Assembly: GCA_963664435.2 (NCBI GenBank)
Contig: CAXXKM010000003.1
Coordinates: forward strand, 1,024,001 to 1,088,000
Direction: 5' to 3'
Source: Longimicrobiales bacterium
GTDB lineage: Bacteria > Gemmatimonadota > Gemmatimonadetes > Longimicrobiales > Gaopeijiaceae
Length of the DNA: 64,000 nt
Shown piece by piece: positions 1-9,915 of the stretch (positions are counted from its first letter, which is position 1; each line of letters begins with the position of its first letter). The translations under genes and the position numbers were made by a program. The notes under the pieces were generated by a model. It was not told where the DNA came from. It worked only from the letters and a program-made list of their open reading frames with translations, and ran no database searches.

Positions 1-2
1 TC

Positions 3-140
3 TTCCTCGTCTGGTCCCAGGGCCGCAATCACAGCGCCGACACCGGCCAGTTCGACTTCGACTCGGATCTCGGCGATCTCTTCGGCGTCATGCCGGACAA
101 CGTCTTCATGGTTAAGCTCAGTTACTGGCTGTCGCGGTAG
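3..140 (+). CDS. 3' end of an outer-membrane protein, DUF5916-like (partial, starts before the window)
   Basis: Frame 3 reads FLVWSQGRNHS...DLGDLFGVMPDNVFMVKLSYWLSR*, a beta-barrel-type C-terminus resembling DUF5916 proteins; stop TAG at 138-140. Confidence 0.6.
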   Translation, partial: FLVWSQGRNHSADTGQFDFDSDLGDLFGVMPDNVFMVKLSYWLSR

Positions 141-247
141 CGGAGGCCGGCCGCGATGGAGGTGGACTCGCGCCCGCGGTACCGAACAACCCTGTAGCGA
201 GGCCCGCGTCGGGCCTGCATGAGGAACCTGACCAGGATCCGGCGGGC

Positions 248-910
248 ATGTTCTCAAGAAAGACCGCGGCGGAACGGTTCGCCGACCGGCGGGCCAGGAT
301 GGTCGCCAGGCAATTGCGGCGCAGGAACATCCGGGACGAGGAGGTGCTCGCGGCCATGGGCGAGGTTCGGCGCGAGCACTTCCTTCCCCAGGGGCAGCGC
401 GTGATGGCCTACCAGGACCGCGCGCTCCCGCTGACGGACGGGCAGACGATGTCCCAGCCCTACATGGTCGCCGCGATGACCGAGGCGCTGGAGCTGTCGC
501 CCGGCCAGCGCGTGCTCGAAGTAGGCACCGGCAGCGGCTACCAGACCGCGATTCTCGCGCGCCTCGCCGATGAGGTCTTCACCATCGAGCGGCTGCCCGG
601 GATGGCCGCCGCCGCGCGCGCGCTGCTGCGGGACGCCGAATGCGACAACGTGCGCGTGCGCGTCGGTGACGGCACCCTGGGCTGGCCGGAAAAAGCACCC
701 TTCGACGCGATCCTGGTCACGGCCGCGGCGCCGGCCACCCCGCCGACGCTGAAAGAACAGCTCCACCCCGACGGCGGGCGCATGGTCATTCCGGTCGGGT
801 CGCGTCGGATTCAGCAGCTGGTGCGCATTCGGCGCACGCACGCCGGGACGACCACCGAGCGGCTCATGGAGTGCGCGTTCGTGCCGCTGATGGGCGCGGA
901 GGGCTGGTAG
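248..910 (+). CDS. pcm: Protein-L-isoaspartate(D-aspartate) O-methyltransferase
   Basis: GQTMSQPYMVA, VLEVGTGSGYQ (SAM motif), GDGTLGWPEKAPFDAILVTAA, FVPL. Confidence 0.95.
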   Translation: MFSRKTAAERFADRRARMVARQLRRRNIRDEEVLAAMGEVRREHFLPQGQRVMAYQDRALPLTDGQTMSQPYMVAAMTEALELSPGQRVLEVGTGSGYQTAILARLADEVFTIERLPGMAAAARALLRDAECDNVRVRVGDGTLGWPEKAPFDAILVTAAAPATPPTLKEQLHPDGGRMVIPVGSRRIQQLVRIRRTHAGTTTERLMECAFVPLMGAEGW

Positions 911-976
911 CGCCGGGGCCTGACGCCCGCGCGGAGTGCGTGGCCGGCGGTGTGGATGCGAACCGGGGCCTGACTG

Positions 977-1738
977 CTAGGAACCGGAGGCGCGCAGCCG
1001 CTCCAGGGCCGCCACCTCCGCCCGCGTCAGATCCCGCCACGCCCCGCGGGCGAGACCTTCCAGCCTGATGGGCCCGAAGCGCACGCGCTCGAGCCGCTGC
1101 ACCGGGTGGCCGACCGCCCGGCACATCCGCCGCACCTCCCGCTTGCGTCCTTCGGTCAGGACGAGCTCGAGGACGGAGATGGGCATGCCACGCTCCAGCA
1201 CGCGGGCGCGCCTCGCCCGCGCAAGGCCGTCTCCCAGCTTCACCCCGGACACCATCCGCCTGAGAACATCCCGCGAGGGCGACCCGGCGACCCGCGCCCG
1301 GTATTCGCGCTCGACCCGGTAGCGCGGATGCGCGAGCACGTTTGCCACTCCCCCGTCGTTGGTCAGGAGCAGCAACCCTTCCGCGGCCTGGTCCAGCCGG
1401 CCCACGTGAACGAGCCCCCGCAACGATTCGGGCAGCAGGTCGTAGACGGTGTCGCGGCCCCGGTCGTCGTGCCGGGTCGTGAGAAAACCCGCCGGCTTGT
1501 TCAGCATCACCCAGCGGATCGCGCCCGGCCGCACGCGGACGCCATCGACGCGCACTTCGTCGATTTCCGGGCGCACGCGGGTGCCGAGTTCGGTGGCCGG
1601 CCGCCCGTTCACCCGCACCCGCCCGGACACGATCAGCGTTTCGGCCCGGCGGCGGGATGCGACGCCCGCGCGCGCGATGAATTTCTGAAGTCGCTCGCCT
1701 CGATCCGGCCGGGTGGAGGAACTCGGGACCCCGGTCAC
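977..1738 (-). CDS. rluB: 23S rRNA pseudouridine synthase, RluB/RsuA family
   Basis: S4 domain ERLQKFIARAGVASRR; catalytic VGRLD; EGRKREVRRM; scpA-scpB-rluB synteny. Confidence 0.9.
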   Translation of the reverse strand: MTGVPSSSTRPDRGERLQKFIARAGVASRRRAETLIVSGRVRVNGRPATELGTRVRPEIDEVRVDGVRVRPGAIRWVMLNKPAGFLTTRHDDRGRDTVYDLLPESLRGLVHVGRLDQAAEGLLLLTNDGGVANVLAHPRYRVEREYRARVAGSPSRDVLRRMVSGVKLGDGLARARRARVLERGMPISVLELVLTEGRKREVRRMCRAVGHPVQRLERVRFGPIRLEGLARGAWRDLTRAEVAALERLRASGS

Positions 1739-1819
1739 GCTGCGCCGGACCCTCCTCCGGCGGTCATTCCGCGGCCCAGCGTCTGGACTGTCACTCGGCG
1801 CCCCGACATGTCTGGACCG

Positions 1820-2407
1820 TCACTCCCCGGCCGTTGGCTCCCCGGCCGGCTCCGACGCCGCCTGCTCGACCTCGAGCGGCCCCGGTTCCCGGAGCACGAC
1901 CGGGAGCTCCGCCGGACGCGGCAGCTCGTCGAGCGCCTGCAGGCCGAAGTGTTCGAGAAAGTGACCGGTAGTCCCGTAGAGGAGGGGTCTCCCGATCCCT
2001 TCGCCGCGGCCCGTGACCTCGATCAGGTCGCGGTCGAGAAGCGTACGGATCACGCCGGCGCAGTTCACCCCCCTGATGTACTCCATCTCGATGCGTCCGA
2101 CGGGCTGACGATAGGCGACGATGGCCAGCGTCTCCAGCGCCGGCCTCGAGAGGCGCGCCGGCCGGGGAACCGTGTCGAATCGCTCCAGGTAGGGAGCGAA
2201 CTCCGGCCGGGTCAGCAGCTGATGCCCGCCGGCGATCTCCATCAGCTGAAAGGAGCGTTCGCCATCGTCATACTCGCGCCGGAGCGCCGCGATGGCCTCG
2301 GCGACCACGTCTTCGTCGAGGCTCTCGTCGGCACGCGCGATCTCTTCCGCGGTCAGCGGGGCATCGCTGGAGAAGAGAATCGCCTCGACCACCTGTGCCG
2401 GATTCAC
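1820..2407 (-). CDS. scpB: SMC-Scp complex subunit ScpB
   Basis: VEAILFSS, LSRPALETLAIVAYRQP, IRGVN, GRPLLYGTT-FL--FGL--L-ELP. Confidence 0.95.
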   Translation of the reverse strand: MNPAQVVEAILFSSDAPLTAEEIARADESLDEDVVAEAIAALRREYDDGERSFQLMEIAGGHQLLTRPEFAPYLERFDTVPRPARLSRPALETLAIVAYRQPVGRIEMEYIRGVNCAGVIRTLLDRDLIEVTGRGEGIGRPLLYGTTGHFLEHFGLQALDELPRPAELPVVLREPGPLEVEQAASEPAGEPTAGE

Positions 2408-3186
2408 GCGGCCTCCTCGCCGGCGTTCTCGGCTTCCGCCGCCGGGGAAGCCCGCCTGTAGAGCCAGAGCTCATCGAAGGGACGGGTCTGGCGCAGGCGG
2501 ATCTGACGGCGGCGGGCGAGCTCCAGCCCGGCCAGCAGCGTCATCACCCCGTGCATGCGCGCGCGCCAGGCACCAACGAGGCGGGAGAACTCGATGCGCC
2601 CGACGCCGCGCAGCCGTTCCCGGATCAGCGCGATCTTCTCCTCCATTGAGACCGGGCGGGTCCCTATCCTGGGGGGCGCCTGCGGACGCGGCAGCTCGAC
2701 CGCGAGCGCGGCCTTCCAGACTTCCTCCCAGGTCGTGTCCAGCGGCGTGTCACGCGGCTCGGGGCGCGGGCGCGGCGGTACGTAGCCCTTCGCCCAGCGG
2801 CGCATCCTGCGCGCCTCCATGACCTCCAGCCGGGACGATATCTCGCGCACCTGCTCGTACTCCAGAAGGCGCCGCACCAGCTCCGCGCGCGGATCCTCGT
2901 CCTCCTCCTCCCTGCGGTGCGGAAGCAGCATGCGCGCCTTGATGCCGATCAGGATGGCGGCCATCTCGACGAACTCTCCGGCACCCTCCAGTTCTTCCGC
3001 CCCGATCCCGCCCACGACATTCAGGAACTGTTCGGTGATGGTGGCGATGGGAATGTCGAAGATGTCGATGTCCTGCTGCCGGATGAGGTGCAGCAGCAGG
3101 TCCAGCGGCCCCTGAAAGCGCTCCAGCGCGACCACGAACAGCTCGCGGCTCTCCCCGGCGCCGGCGTCGAACGGCGTCAGAGCCAC
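2404..3186 (-). CDS. scpA: Segregation and condensation protein ScpA (start approximate, GTG 3186)
   Basis: FQGPLDLLLHLIRQQDIDIFDIPI, EFVEMAAILIGIKARMLLP, DPRAELVRRLLEY; overlaps the scpB start. Confidence 0.92.
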   Translation of the reverse strand: MALTPFDAGAGESRELFVVALERFQGPLDLLLHLIRQQDIDIFDIPIATITEQFLNVVGGIGAEELEGAGEFVEMAAILIGIKARMLLPHRREEEDEDPRAELVRRLLEYEQVREISSRLEVMEARRMRRWAKGYVPPRPRPEPRDTPLDTTWEEVWKAALAVELPRPQAPPRIGTRPVSMEEKIALIRERLRGVGRIEFSRLVGAWRARMHGVMTLLAGLELARRRQIRLRQTRPFDELWLYRRASPAAEAENAGEEAA

Positions 3187-3836
3187 AGGTCGATGAAGTT
3201 CTGGGCCGCTCCCATGAAGAAGCGGACCGGTGCGAGGACGATGGCGAAGAACGGACCCGGGAACAGGAAGAACACGGCGATGAGGATGAGCATGCCGAAG
3301 CGTCCCAAGCGCCGATAGGCCACCCCCAGGCGCGGGGGCAACAGGTGGTAGAGGACGTGCGATCCGTCGAGGGGCGGGATGGGCACCAGGTTGAAGAAGG
3401 CGAGCACCAGGTTGATCAGGATGCCCAGTTCCGCCATGCGCACCGCCACGTCCATGGGCCCGGCCAGCGTGCCGCCGCTCAACTGAGCGGTCTTGACCAG
3501 CAGGGCGGTGAGCAGCGTGAACCCGATCGCCAGGATCAGGTTCGCCGCGATGCCGGCGAGGGACACGCGGATGTCGCCGCGCCTGTAGTTGTGATACTTG
3601 CGGGGGTTGACGGGCACCGGCCTGGCCCAGCCGAAGAGGAACCCGGCGTTCATGAAGTAGAGGCCGAGCGGAACCAGGATCGATCCGATGAGATCGATGT
3701 GCGGCAGCGGGTTGAGCGTGATGCGCCCGAGCCGGTAGGCGGTGTCGTCGCCCTCGCGCAGCGCGACCCAGGCGTGCGCGACCTCGTGGACGATGATGGA
3801 GAGGAGGAGGACCGGAATGAGCAGGAGAATGTCCAT
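3177..3836 (-). CDS. Site-2 protease family (M50) membrane metalloprotease
   Basis: HEVAH zinc motif, GRITLNPLPH, FGWARPVPVNP, NLVPIPPLDG. Confidence 0.92.
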   Translation of the reverse strand: MDILLLIPVLLLSIIVHEVAHAWVALREGDDTAYRLGRITLNPLPHIDLIGSILVPLGLYFMNAGFLFGWARPVPVNPRKYHNYRRGDIRVSLAGIAANLILAIGFTLLTALLVKTAQLSGGTLAGPMDVAVRMAELGILINLVLAFFNLVPIPPLDGSHVLYHLLPPRLGVAYRRLGRFGMLILIAVFFLFPGPFFAIVLAPVRFFMGAAQNFIDLWL

Positions 3837-3933
3837 GGCACCCGGAAGCTACCCGCGGCTGCACCCGACCGCTACCCGGCGGGCTCGCGTCGGAGGCCGG
3901 CGAGGCGAACGGCGCGGGGTTCGCCGGTTCCGG

Positions 3934-3962
3934 TTGATTCCCGCAGTGGAATTGGGTATCCT
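3934..3962 (+). promoter_or_regulatory. Putative sigma70 promoter of rpsT
   Basis: TTGATT (3934-3939), 17 bp spacer, TATCCT (3957-3962); GAGGA RBS before ATG 4005. Confidence 0.55.
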
Positions 3963-4004
3963 CCGCAGCTTGCTGAAGAAGGACCGCACGATCCGAGGAA
4001 CAGG

Positions 4005-4259
4005 ATGCCGAACGTCAAGAGCGCGACAAAGCGCATGAACAAGAGCCGGGAGCAGAACGCCCGCAACCGCGCGAAGCGTTCCCGGCTGCGCACGGCGCTC
4101 AAGCGGGTGCGCGAAGCCGGTGACGCCGAGACCGCACAGGCGCGTTTTCGCGAGGCGCAGGTCCTGCTGGATCGCGCCGCCACGTCCCGTCTGCTGCACC
4201 CGAACACCGCCGCCCGCCTGAAGAGCGCGCTGGCGCGCCGGGTCAACTCCCTGGGGTAG
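4005..4259 (+). CDS. rpsT: 30S ribosomal protein S20
   Basis: MPNVKSATKRM...RNRAKRSRLRTALK...LLHPNTAARLKS. Confidence 0.95.
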   Translation: MPNVKSATKRMNKSREQNARNRAKRSRLRTALKRVREAGDAETAQARFREAQVLLDRAATSRLLHPNTAARLKSALARRVNSLG

Positions 4260-4290
4260 GATGAACTCGCCGGGGTAGGATGAACTCGCC
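4253..4290 (+). repeat. 19-bp direct repeat x2 spanning the rpsT stop
   Basis: GGGGTAGGATGAACTCGCC at 4253-4271 and 4272-4290. Confidence 0.9.
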
Positions 4291-4469
4291 GGGCTGAACG
4301 CCCGGTGCCGCGGGAGCACAGGCCGACCTTCCCCCGGGGTTCCACCTCCCCGGCTTCCTTGCCCCGCCGTCGGCGCCGACCCAAGCTTGTCGGTGCGTTC
4401 GCTACCGGCGATCGGGGCCGTGCCTCACCCTCGGCCACCGGCGCCGCCGACCCGACCCCGGAGGGCGCC

Positions 4470-6194
4470 ATGACCAACTCGCCTGCTCCGTGCGACTGCG
4501 CCGCGCCCGACTTCCCCCCCGGCGCCCGCTACCTCGCCTCTGCCGTCATCCCCATCGTCTGCTCCCTTTTCTTCGCGGCCCCCGCCGCCGCGCAGCAGGA
4601 GTGGCGGCACCACGGAGGCAACCCCGCCGAGACCCGCTACAGCCCCCTCGACCAGATCGATGCCGGCAACGTTGCCGGGCTGGCGGTCGCGTGGAGCTGG
4701 GAGATTCCGAAGACGGGGGCGCGGATCGAAGCAACACCGCTGATCGCCGACGGCGTCCTCTACGGGACGGGGCCGTTCAGCATCGTCTTTGCCCTCGATG
4801 CCGCGACGGGCGCGGAGTTGTGGCGCTGGGACCCCGCCATTCCGACCGAGGACCGGGGCGGGCCGCGGACCTGCTGCGGCGACGTGAACCGGGGCGCGGC
4901 GCTCCACGGCGACAAGGTCATCGTGGGCCTGCTGGACGGGCGGCTGGTCGCGCTCAACCGGACGGACGGGTCGCCGGCGTGGTCGACGCAGACCACCCCT
5001 CCCGGGTCGGACTATACAGTGACGGGCGCGCCGCGGGTGGTCGGCAACACGGTGGTCATCGGCAACGCCGGCGCCGAGTACGGGGTGCGCGGCTACGTCA
5101 CCGCCTACGATGCCGACACGGGGGAGCAGCTTTGGCGCACCTACACCGTCCCCGGCAACCCGGCGGACGGGTTCGAGAGCGACGCCATGCGCGCCGCGGC
5201 CGAGACCTGGACCGGCGAGTGGTGGGTCGTCGGCGGAGGCGGCACGGTATGGGACGGGATGGCCGCCGACCCGGAGGCCGGGCTCCTGTACATCGGCACG
5301 GGCAACGGGTCGCCCTGGAGCCGCGACAACCGCAGCCCCGGCGGCGGCGACAACCTCTACCTCTCCTCGATTCTCGCCCTCGACCCCGCGGACGGCGCTC
5401 TCCGCTGGCACTATCAGACAACCCCCGGCGACGACTGGGACTACACCGCCACCCAGCCGCTCATGCTGCTGGATCTCACCATCGACGGCCGCGAGCGCGA
5501 GGTCATCGTCCAGGCGCCCAAGAACGGGTTCTTCTACGTCATCGACCGGCATACCGGCGAACTCATCTCCGCCGAAGCCTTCGCCGACGACCTCACCTGG
5601 GCCACCCATGTCGATCCGGAAACCGGCCGCCCGGTCGAGACCCCGGACGCGCGCTACGGGACGACCGGCCCGGTCTGGCTGTCGCCCAGCCCCGGGGGCG
5701 CGCACAACTGGAACCCGATGTCGTGGAATCCCGAAACCGGCCTCGTGTATCTCCCCGCCCGGAACGCCGTCTCCTTCTTCGAGAGGGAGGAGGGCTTCGC
5801 GTATACCGCGGGCGTCTGGAACACCGGCACGGTGCGTGGCGCCGACGCCGGCCCCCGCCCCGAGCGGCCGCCGCTGAAGGGCCCTTCGAACCTGCTCCTG
5901 GCCTGGGATCCCGCCGAGAACCGGGAGGTCTGGCGCGTGCCGGCGGAGGGCCGCCACGGCGGGACGGTGTCCAGCGCCGGCGGTCTGGTCTTCTGGGGCA
6001 CCGGCTCGCGGCTGGTCGCGCTCGACGCGCGGACCGGGCGGGAGCTCTGGGAGGCCGAGCTGGACGGCAGCCCCGGCTCCCCGGTCACCTATTCCGCGGG
6101 CGGACGCCAGTACGTGGCGGTCGGCTCCGGGATGTCAAGCGGGAGGAGCCTCCCGCGGATGTGGGCGTTCGCGCTGGAGGAAGGGAGGCGGTAG
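4470..6194 (+). CDS. PQQ-dependent dehydrogenase, alcohol dehydrogenase type, no heme domain, exported
   Basis: Signal peptide ending AAAQQ; RYSPLDQID; vicinal CC in TCCGDVNRG; GAEYGVRGYVTAYD; GDDWDYTATQP; GGAHNWNPMS. Confidence 0.9.
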   Translation: MTNSPAPCDCAAPDFPPGARYLASAVIPIVCSLFFAAPAAAQQEWRHHGGNPAETRYSPLDQIDAGNVAGLAVAWSWEIPKTGARIEATPLIADGVLYGTGPFSIVFALDAATGAELWRWDPAIPTEDRGGPRTCCGDVNRGAALHGDKVIVGLLDGRLVALNRTDGSPAWSTQTTPPGSDYTVTGAPRVVGNTVVIGNAGAEYGVRGYVTAYDADTGEQLWRTYTVPGNPADGFESDAMRAAAETWTGEWWVVGGGGTVWDGMAADPEAGLLYIGTGNGSPWSRDNRSPGGGDNLYLSSILALDPADGALRWHYQTTPGDDWDYTATQPLMLLDLTIDGREREVIVQAPKNGFFYVIDRHTGELISAEAFADDLTWATHVDPETGRPVETPDARYGTTGPVWLSPSPGGAHNWNPMSWNPETGLVYLPARNAVSFFEREEGFAYTAGVWNTGTVRGADAGPRPERPPLKGPSNLLLAWDPAENREVWRVPAEGRHGGTVSSAGGLVFWGTGSRLVALDARTGRELWEAELDGSPGSPVTYSAGGRQYVAVGSGMSSGRSLPRMWAFALEEGRR

Positions 6195-6196
6195 GC

Positions 6197-7495
6197 CTAC
6201 CCGCTACCCCCCTCCCTCCACACGATCTCCCCGCCGACGATCGTCATCACCGCCTTCCCGGTCAGCTCCAAACCGGCAAACGGGGTGTTGCGGCTCTTTG
6301 AGAGGAAGCGCGACGGGTCCACGGCCCATGCGCGGGCCGGGTCGATGAGGGTCACGTCGGCCACGCTCCCCGGCGCCAGGGTTCCGCCCGGCAGATTGAA
6401 GGCGCGTGCGGGGGCCGGGCTCATGCGTTCGATCGCGGTGGGCAGGTCGATGACGCCCTCACCGACGATATGGGTGAGCACGAGCCCCACCGCAGTCTCC
6501 AGCCCGACGATGCCGAAGGGCGCGTCGTCGAAGGCGGACTCCTTCTCGTCGTAGTGGTGGGGGGCGTGGTCGGTCGCGATCACGTCCAGGGTACCGTCGG
6601 CGAGGCCCGCACGCACGGCCGCCACGTCCGCGCCGGTGCGCAACGGCGGGTTCATCTTCGCGTCGGTGCGATACCCCTCGACCGCCGCCTCGGTGAGAAT
6701 GAGGTGGTGCGGTGAAGCCTCCGCGGTCGCGCGCACCCCGCGCGCCTTCGCCTGCCGGATCGCTTCCACTCCCCAGGCGGTGGAGACGTGCTGGAGGTGG
6801 ATGCGGCCGCCCGTCAGCTCGGCCAGCAGCAGGTCGCGCACGATGTGGATGTCCTCCGACGCGTTGGGCTTGCCCACCAGGCCGAGGCGCGCGGACACGA
6901 GACCCTCGTTCATGCTGCCCTCGCGCGAGAGCCCCAGATCCTCGGGGTGGTCTGCGACCGGAATGCCGAACGGGAGGGCGTACTCGAGCGCCAGCCGCAT
7001 CAGCCCGGAGTCCATGACCGGATGGCCGTCGTCGGTGATGCCGACCGCGCCCGCCGCCACCATCTCCCCGATCTCCGCCAACCTCCTCCCCTCCAGGCCG
7101 GCGGAGATGGCACCCACCGGGTAGACGCGCGCGCCTCCCGCCCGCCTCCCTTCCGCCACCACGAAGCCCACCGAGGCGGGGTCGTCGATGGGCGGGCTGG
7201 TGTTGGGCATGGCGCATACGGAGGTGAAGCCGCCCGCGGCCGCGGCGCGCGCGCCGGTGGCGATGGTCTCCTTGTGCTCCCCGCCCGGTTCGCGCAGGTG
7301 CACGTGCACGTCGATGAGCCCGGGCGCCACCACCATCCCGCGCGCGTCCAGGACCTCCGCGTCGGCGGGGCCCTCCACCTCGCCACAGCATTCGGCCACC
7401 CGCCCGTCGAGCAGGAGCAGGTCGGCGGTGGCGTCCAGACCGGCGGCCGGGTCGATGATCCTCCCTCCGCGAATCCACAGCGGGCGCGGGCTCAT
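6197..7495 (-). CDS. pyrC: Dihydroorotase
   Basis: [47 protein letters not shown]; start ATG 7495 overlaps the pyrB stop. Confidence 0.95.
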   Translation of the reverse strand: MSPRPLWIRGGRIIDPAAGLDATADLLLLDGRVAECCGEVEGPADAEVLDARGMVVAPGLIDVHVHLREPGGEHKETIATGARAAAAGGFTSVCAMPNTSPPIDDPASVGFVVAEGRRAGGARVYPVGAISAGLEGRRLAEIGEMVAAGAVGITDDGHPVMDSGLMRLALEYALPFGIPVADHPEDLGLSREGSMNEGLVSARLGLVGKPNASEDIHIVRDLLLAELTGGRIHLQHVSTAWGVEAIRQAKARGVRATAEASPHHLILTEAAVEGYRTDAKMNPPLRTGADVAAVRAGLADGTLDVIATDHAPHHYDEKESAFDDAPFGIVGLETAVGLVLTHIVGEGVIDLPTAIERMSPAPARAFNLPGGTLAPGSVADVTLIDPARAWAVDPSRFLSKSRNTPFAGLELTGKAVMTIVGGEIVWREGGSG

Positions 7496-8472
7496 GCCAC
7501 CTCCTCCGCCTTGGCCGCCTCGGCCTTCTCCGGCCGCCCGCCCGCCAGCAGGTAGAGCACGGCCATGCGCACCGCCACCCCGTTGGTGACCTGCTCGAGG
7601 ATCACCGAGTGCGGCCCGTCGGCCACGTCGCTGTCGATCTCCACCCCCCGGTTCATGGGGCCCGGGTGGAGGATGAGGAGCGGCTCGGGCGCCGCCGCCA
7701 GCCGCGCGCGCGAGACCCCCCAGATGCGGTTGTACTCGCGCAGGCTGGGCACGAAGCCGGCTTCCATGCGCTCGAGCTGGAGGCGCAGCACGTTCAGGGC
7801 GTGGGCCCACTCGATCGCCTCCTCGATTCGATGGAAGATGCGCACCCCGAGTTCGCGCATGTGCGGGGGGATAAGCGTCGGTGGGCCGCACACGCCGACC
7901 TCGGCGCCCAGCGTGAGCAGCCCGAAGATGTTGGAGCGCGCCACCCGCGAGTGCCGCACGTCCCCGACGATGCACACCCGCCGGCCGGCGATGGCCCCCA
8001 GATGATCCCGCAGCGTCAGCATGTCCAGCAGCGCCTGGGTAGGGTGCTCGTGGGCGCCGTCGCCTGCGTTGATCACGTTGGAGGGAATGCGCTCCGCGAG
8101 GAACCGGGCCGCGCCCGACGCCCAGTGCCGCATCACCACCATGTCGATCTTCATCGCCTCCAGGTTGCGGGCGGTGTCCACCAGCGTCTCCCCCTTCGCC
8201 ACGGAGGAACGGCTCGCGCCGATGTTGACGGTATCCGCCGCGAGGCGCTTCTCCGCGAACTCGAAGGAGATGCGCGTGCGCGTCGAGGCCTCGAAGAAGA
8301 GGTTGACGATGGTAAGGCCGCGCAGGGTGGGCACCTTCTTGATGCGCCGCTCGGAGATCTCCTTGAACGGCTCCGCGGTGTCGAGGATGCTGGTGATCCG
8401 GCGGGCGCCGAGATGTTCGATGCCGACGAGGTCCTTCCCGAGCCCCGCGGCGGCGGCGGCGGAACGGCTCAC
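7492..8472 (-). CDS. pyrB: Aspartate carbamoyltransferase catalytic subunit
   Basis: [40 protein letters not shown]. Confidence 0.97.
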   Translation of the reverse strand: MSRSAAAAAGLGKDLVGIEHLGARRITSILDTAEPFKEISERRIKKVPTLRGLTIVNLFFEASTRTRISFEFAEKRLAADTVNIGASRSSVAKGETLVDTARNLEAMKIDMVVMRHWASGAARFLAERIPSNVINAGDGAHEHPTQALLDMLTLRDHLGAIAGRRVCIVGDVRHSRVARSNIFGLLTLGAEVGVCGPPTLIPPHMRELGVRIFHRIEEAIEWAHALNVLRLQLERMEAGFVPSLREYNRIWGVSRARLAAAPEPLLILHPGPMNRGVEIDSDVADGPHSVILEQVTNGVAVRMAVLYLLAGGRPEKAEAAKAEEVA

Positions 8473-9035
8473 GCCGCCTCCGGCGATGTCGTGACGACAT
8501 CCACGCCGAGCACCCCGTCGATCTCCGGCACCATCACGTCGACGCGCTGATGCGGCAGCACCGTCACCGCCCGGCCGACGATGTCGGGCTGGATGGGCAG
8601 TTCGCGGCCGGCCCTGTCCACCAGGGCGCAGTAGTAGATGCGGGACGCGCGCCCCCAGTCCATCAGCTCGTTCATGGCCGCGCGGGCGGTGCGCCCGGTG
8701 AAGATGACGTCGTCCACGACGACCACCGCCCGGTTGTCGATTCCCCCCGGGGGAAGCTTCGACTCACCGATCACCGGCCTGGGCCCGATCGCCATCAGGT
8801 CGTCGCGGTAGAGGGTGATGTCTATGGACCCTCGCGGAACGCGGACTCCGGCCGCGCGCTCGATCTCGTCCTGCAGCAGGTGCGCGATCTGGACGCCCCG
8901 GCGGTGGATCCCCATCAGCGCGAGGCGCTCCGTCCCCTCGTTGCGCTCCAGGATTTCCCGCGCCATGCGGGCGATCGCTCGTCCCACCGCGTCTTCTCGC
9001 ATGATCGGGATGCGGAACTGATCGGGCATGGTCAC
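8469..9035 (-). CDS. pyrR: Bifunctional pyr attenuation regulator / uracil phosphoribosyltransferase
   Basis: [35 protein letters not shown]; first gene of pyrRBC. Confidence 0.95.
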   Translation of the reverse strand: MTMPDQFRIPIMREDAVGRAIARMAREILERNEGTERLALMGIHRRGVQIAHLLQDEIERAAGVRVPRGSIDITLYRDDLMAIGPRPVIGESKLPPGGIDNRAVVVVDDVIFTGRTARAAMNELMDWGRASRIYYCALVDRAGRELPIQPDIVGRAVTVLPHQRVDVMVPEIDGVLGVDVVTTSPEAA

Positions 9036-9137
9036 CGGCGGTGAAGGCGGGGTTCCGTCAGCGTTGCGGGCGCGCGAGGGAAGCTAGCGTGCGGGCGCGC
9101 CGACGCAAACACCGGGGTGCGCGCCGCCGAGCGGATC

Positions 9138-9566
9138 TCAGTTGTTGCGGGCGCCCGTGTCGATCCACTGCCTGATCACCGCGATCTCCTCGGCGGTGAA
9201 GGGCAGCCTGCCGATGGGCATCGACCGGCCTACGATGCTCGGACGGCCCTCCATCTTGTGAACCAGATAGCTGTTCTCCGCGTCGCCCGGCGTCACGAGA
9301 TCGAGTTCGACCTGCGTGCTGGGCACGTTCACCAGGTTGGCGAAGGACCGGCCCGCCGACAGGTCGAGGCCGGCCTCCGGGTTGGACTGGCCATGGTGGG
9401 AAGCGCAGAACGGAGTGAACACCTGGGTCTGGATGCTGGACAGGGTCGGCATCAGCGTGTCGGTTTCCTCGGGCCCGGTGGCGGAATCGCCCCGGCAGGC
9501 GGCGACACCCAGCATGACGGCGAGCAGGGGGAGGAGAGGCCGCAGACCGCGGTGCGGAGTTGTCAT
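9138..9566 (-). CDS. Lipoprotein with a cytochrome c-like domain and degenerate heme motif
   Basis: Lipobox VAAC; IQTQVFTPFCASHHG...GLDLS...PGDAENSYLVHKMEG...MP...IRQWIDTGA. Confidence 0.65.
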   Translation of the reverse strand: MTTPHRGLRPLLPLLAVMLGVAACRGDSATGPEETDTLMPTLSSIQTQVFTPFCASHHGQSNPEAGLDLSAGRSFANLVNVPSTQVELDLVTPGDAENSYLVHKMEGRPSIVGRSMPIGRLPFTAEEIAVIRQWIDTGARNN

Positions 9567-9915
9567 GGTTCGCACGAGGTGGTCCTGTCTTTTCGGGAAT
9601 ACCCGGAGGCCAAAGATACCGGCGCACATTCGCCGACGGCAACGCTCCGATGCGATGGTGGCCGCACTGCAACCGCGCGTGCGAACTGCGAATTCCAGGA
9701 GATGCGGCACTCTGAACGGCAGCCGGGACACTACCGGATCCAGGTGCGGGCGATTCGCCGGTTGGCGATCATCGGCACCCGGAGCGCGAGCCCGGGCTTC
9801 CCGGTCGCCCTGCGTGCGTGGCTGCGATACCTTGCCAACGAACGTGGCGGACCGCTGCGCGCGCGCCTCCGGGCGCCCACACCCGTTCATCTCCCAACCC
9901 TGCCGAGGACTCTCG

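Noticed and set aside
9032..9141. Micro-ORF chain upstream of pyrR, and a PyrR attenuator
   Set aside because: The chain needs two CTG starts and a candidate promoter lies in the spacer; no PyrR-binding loop or terminator was recognisable
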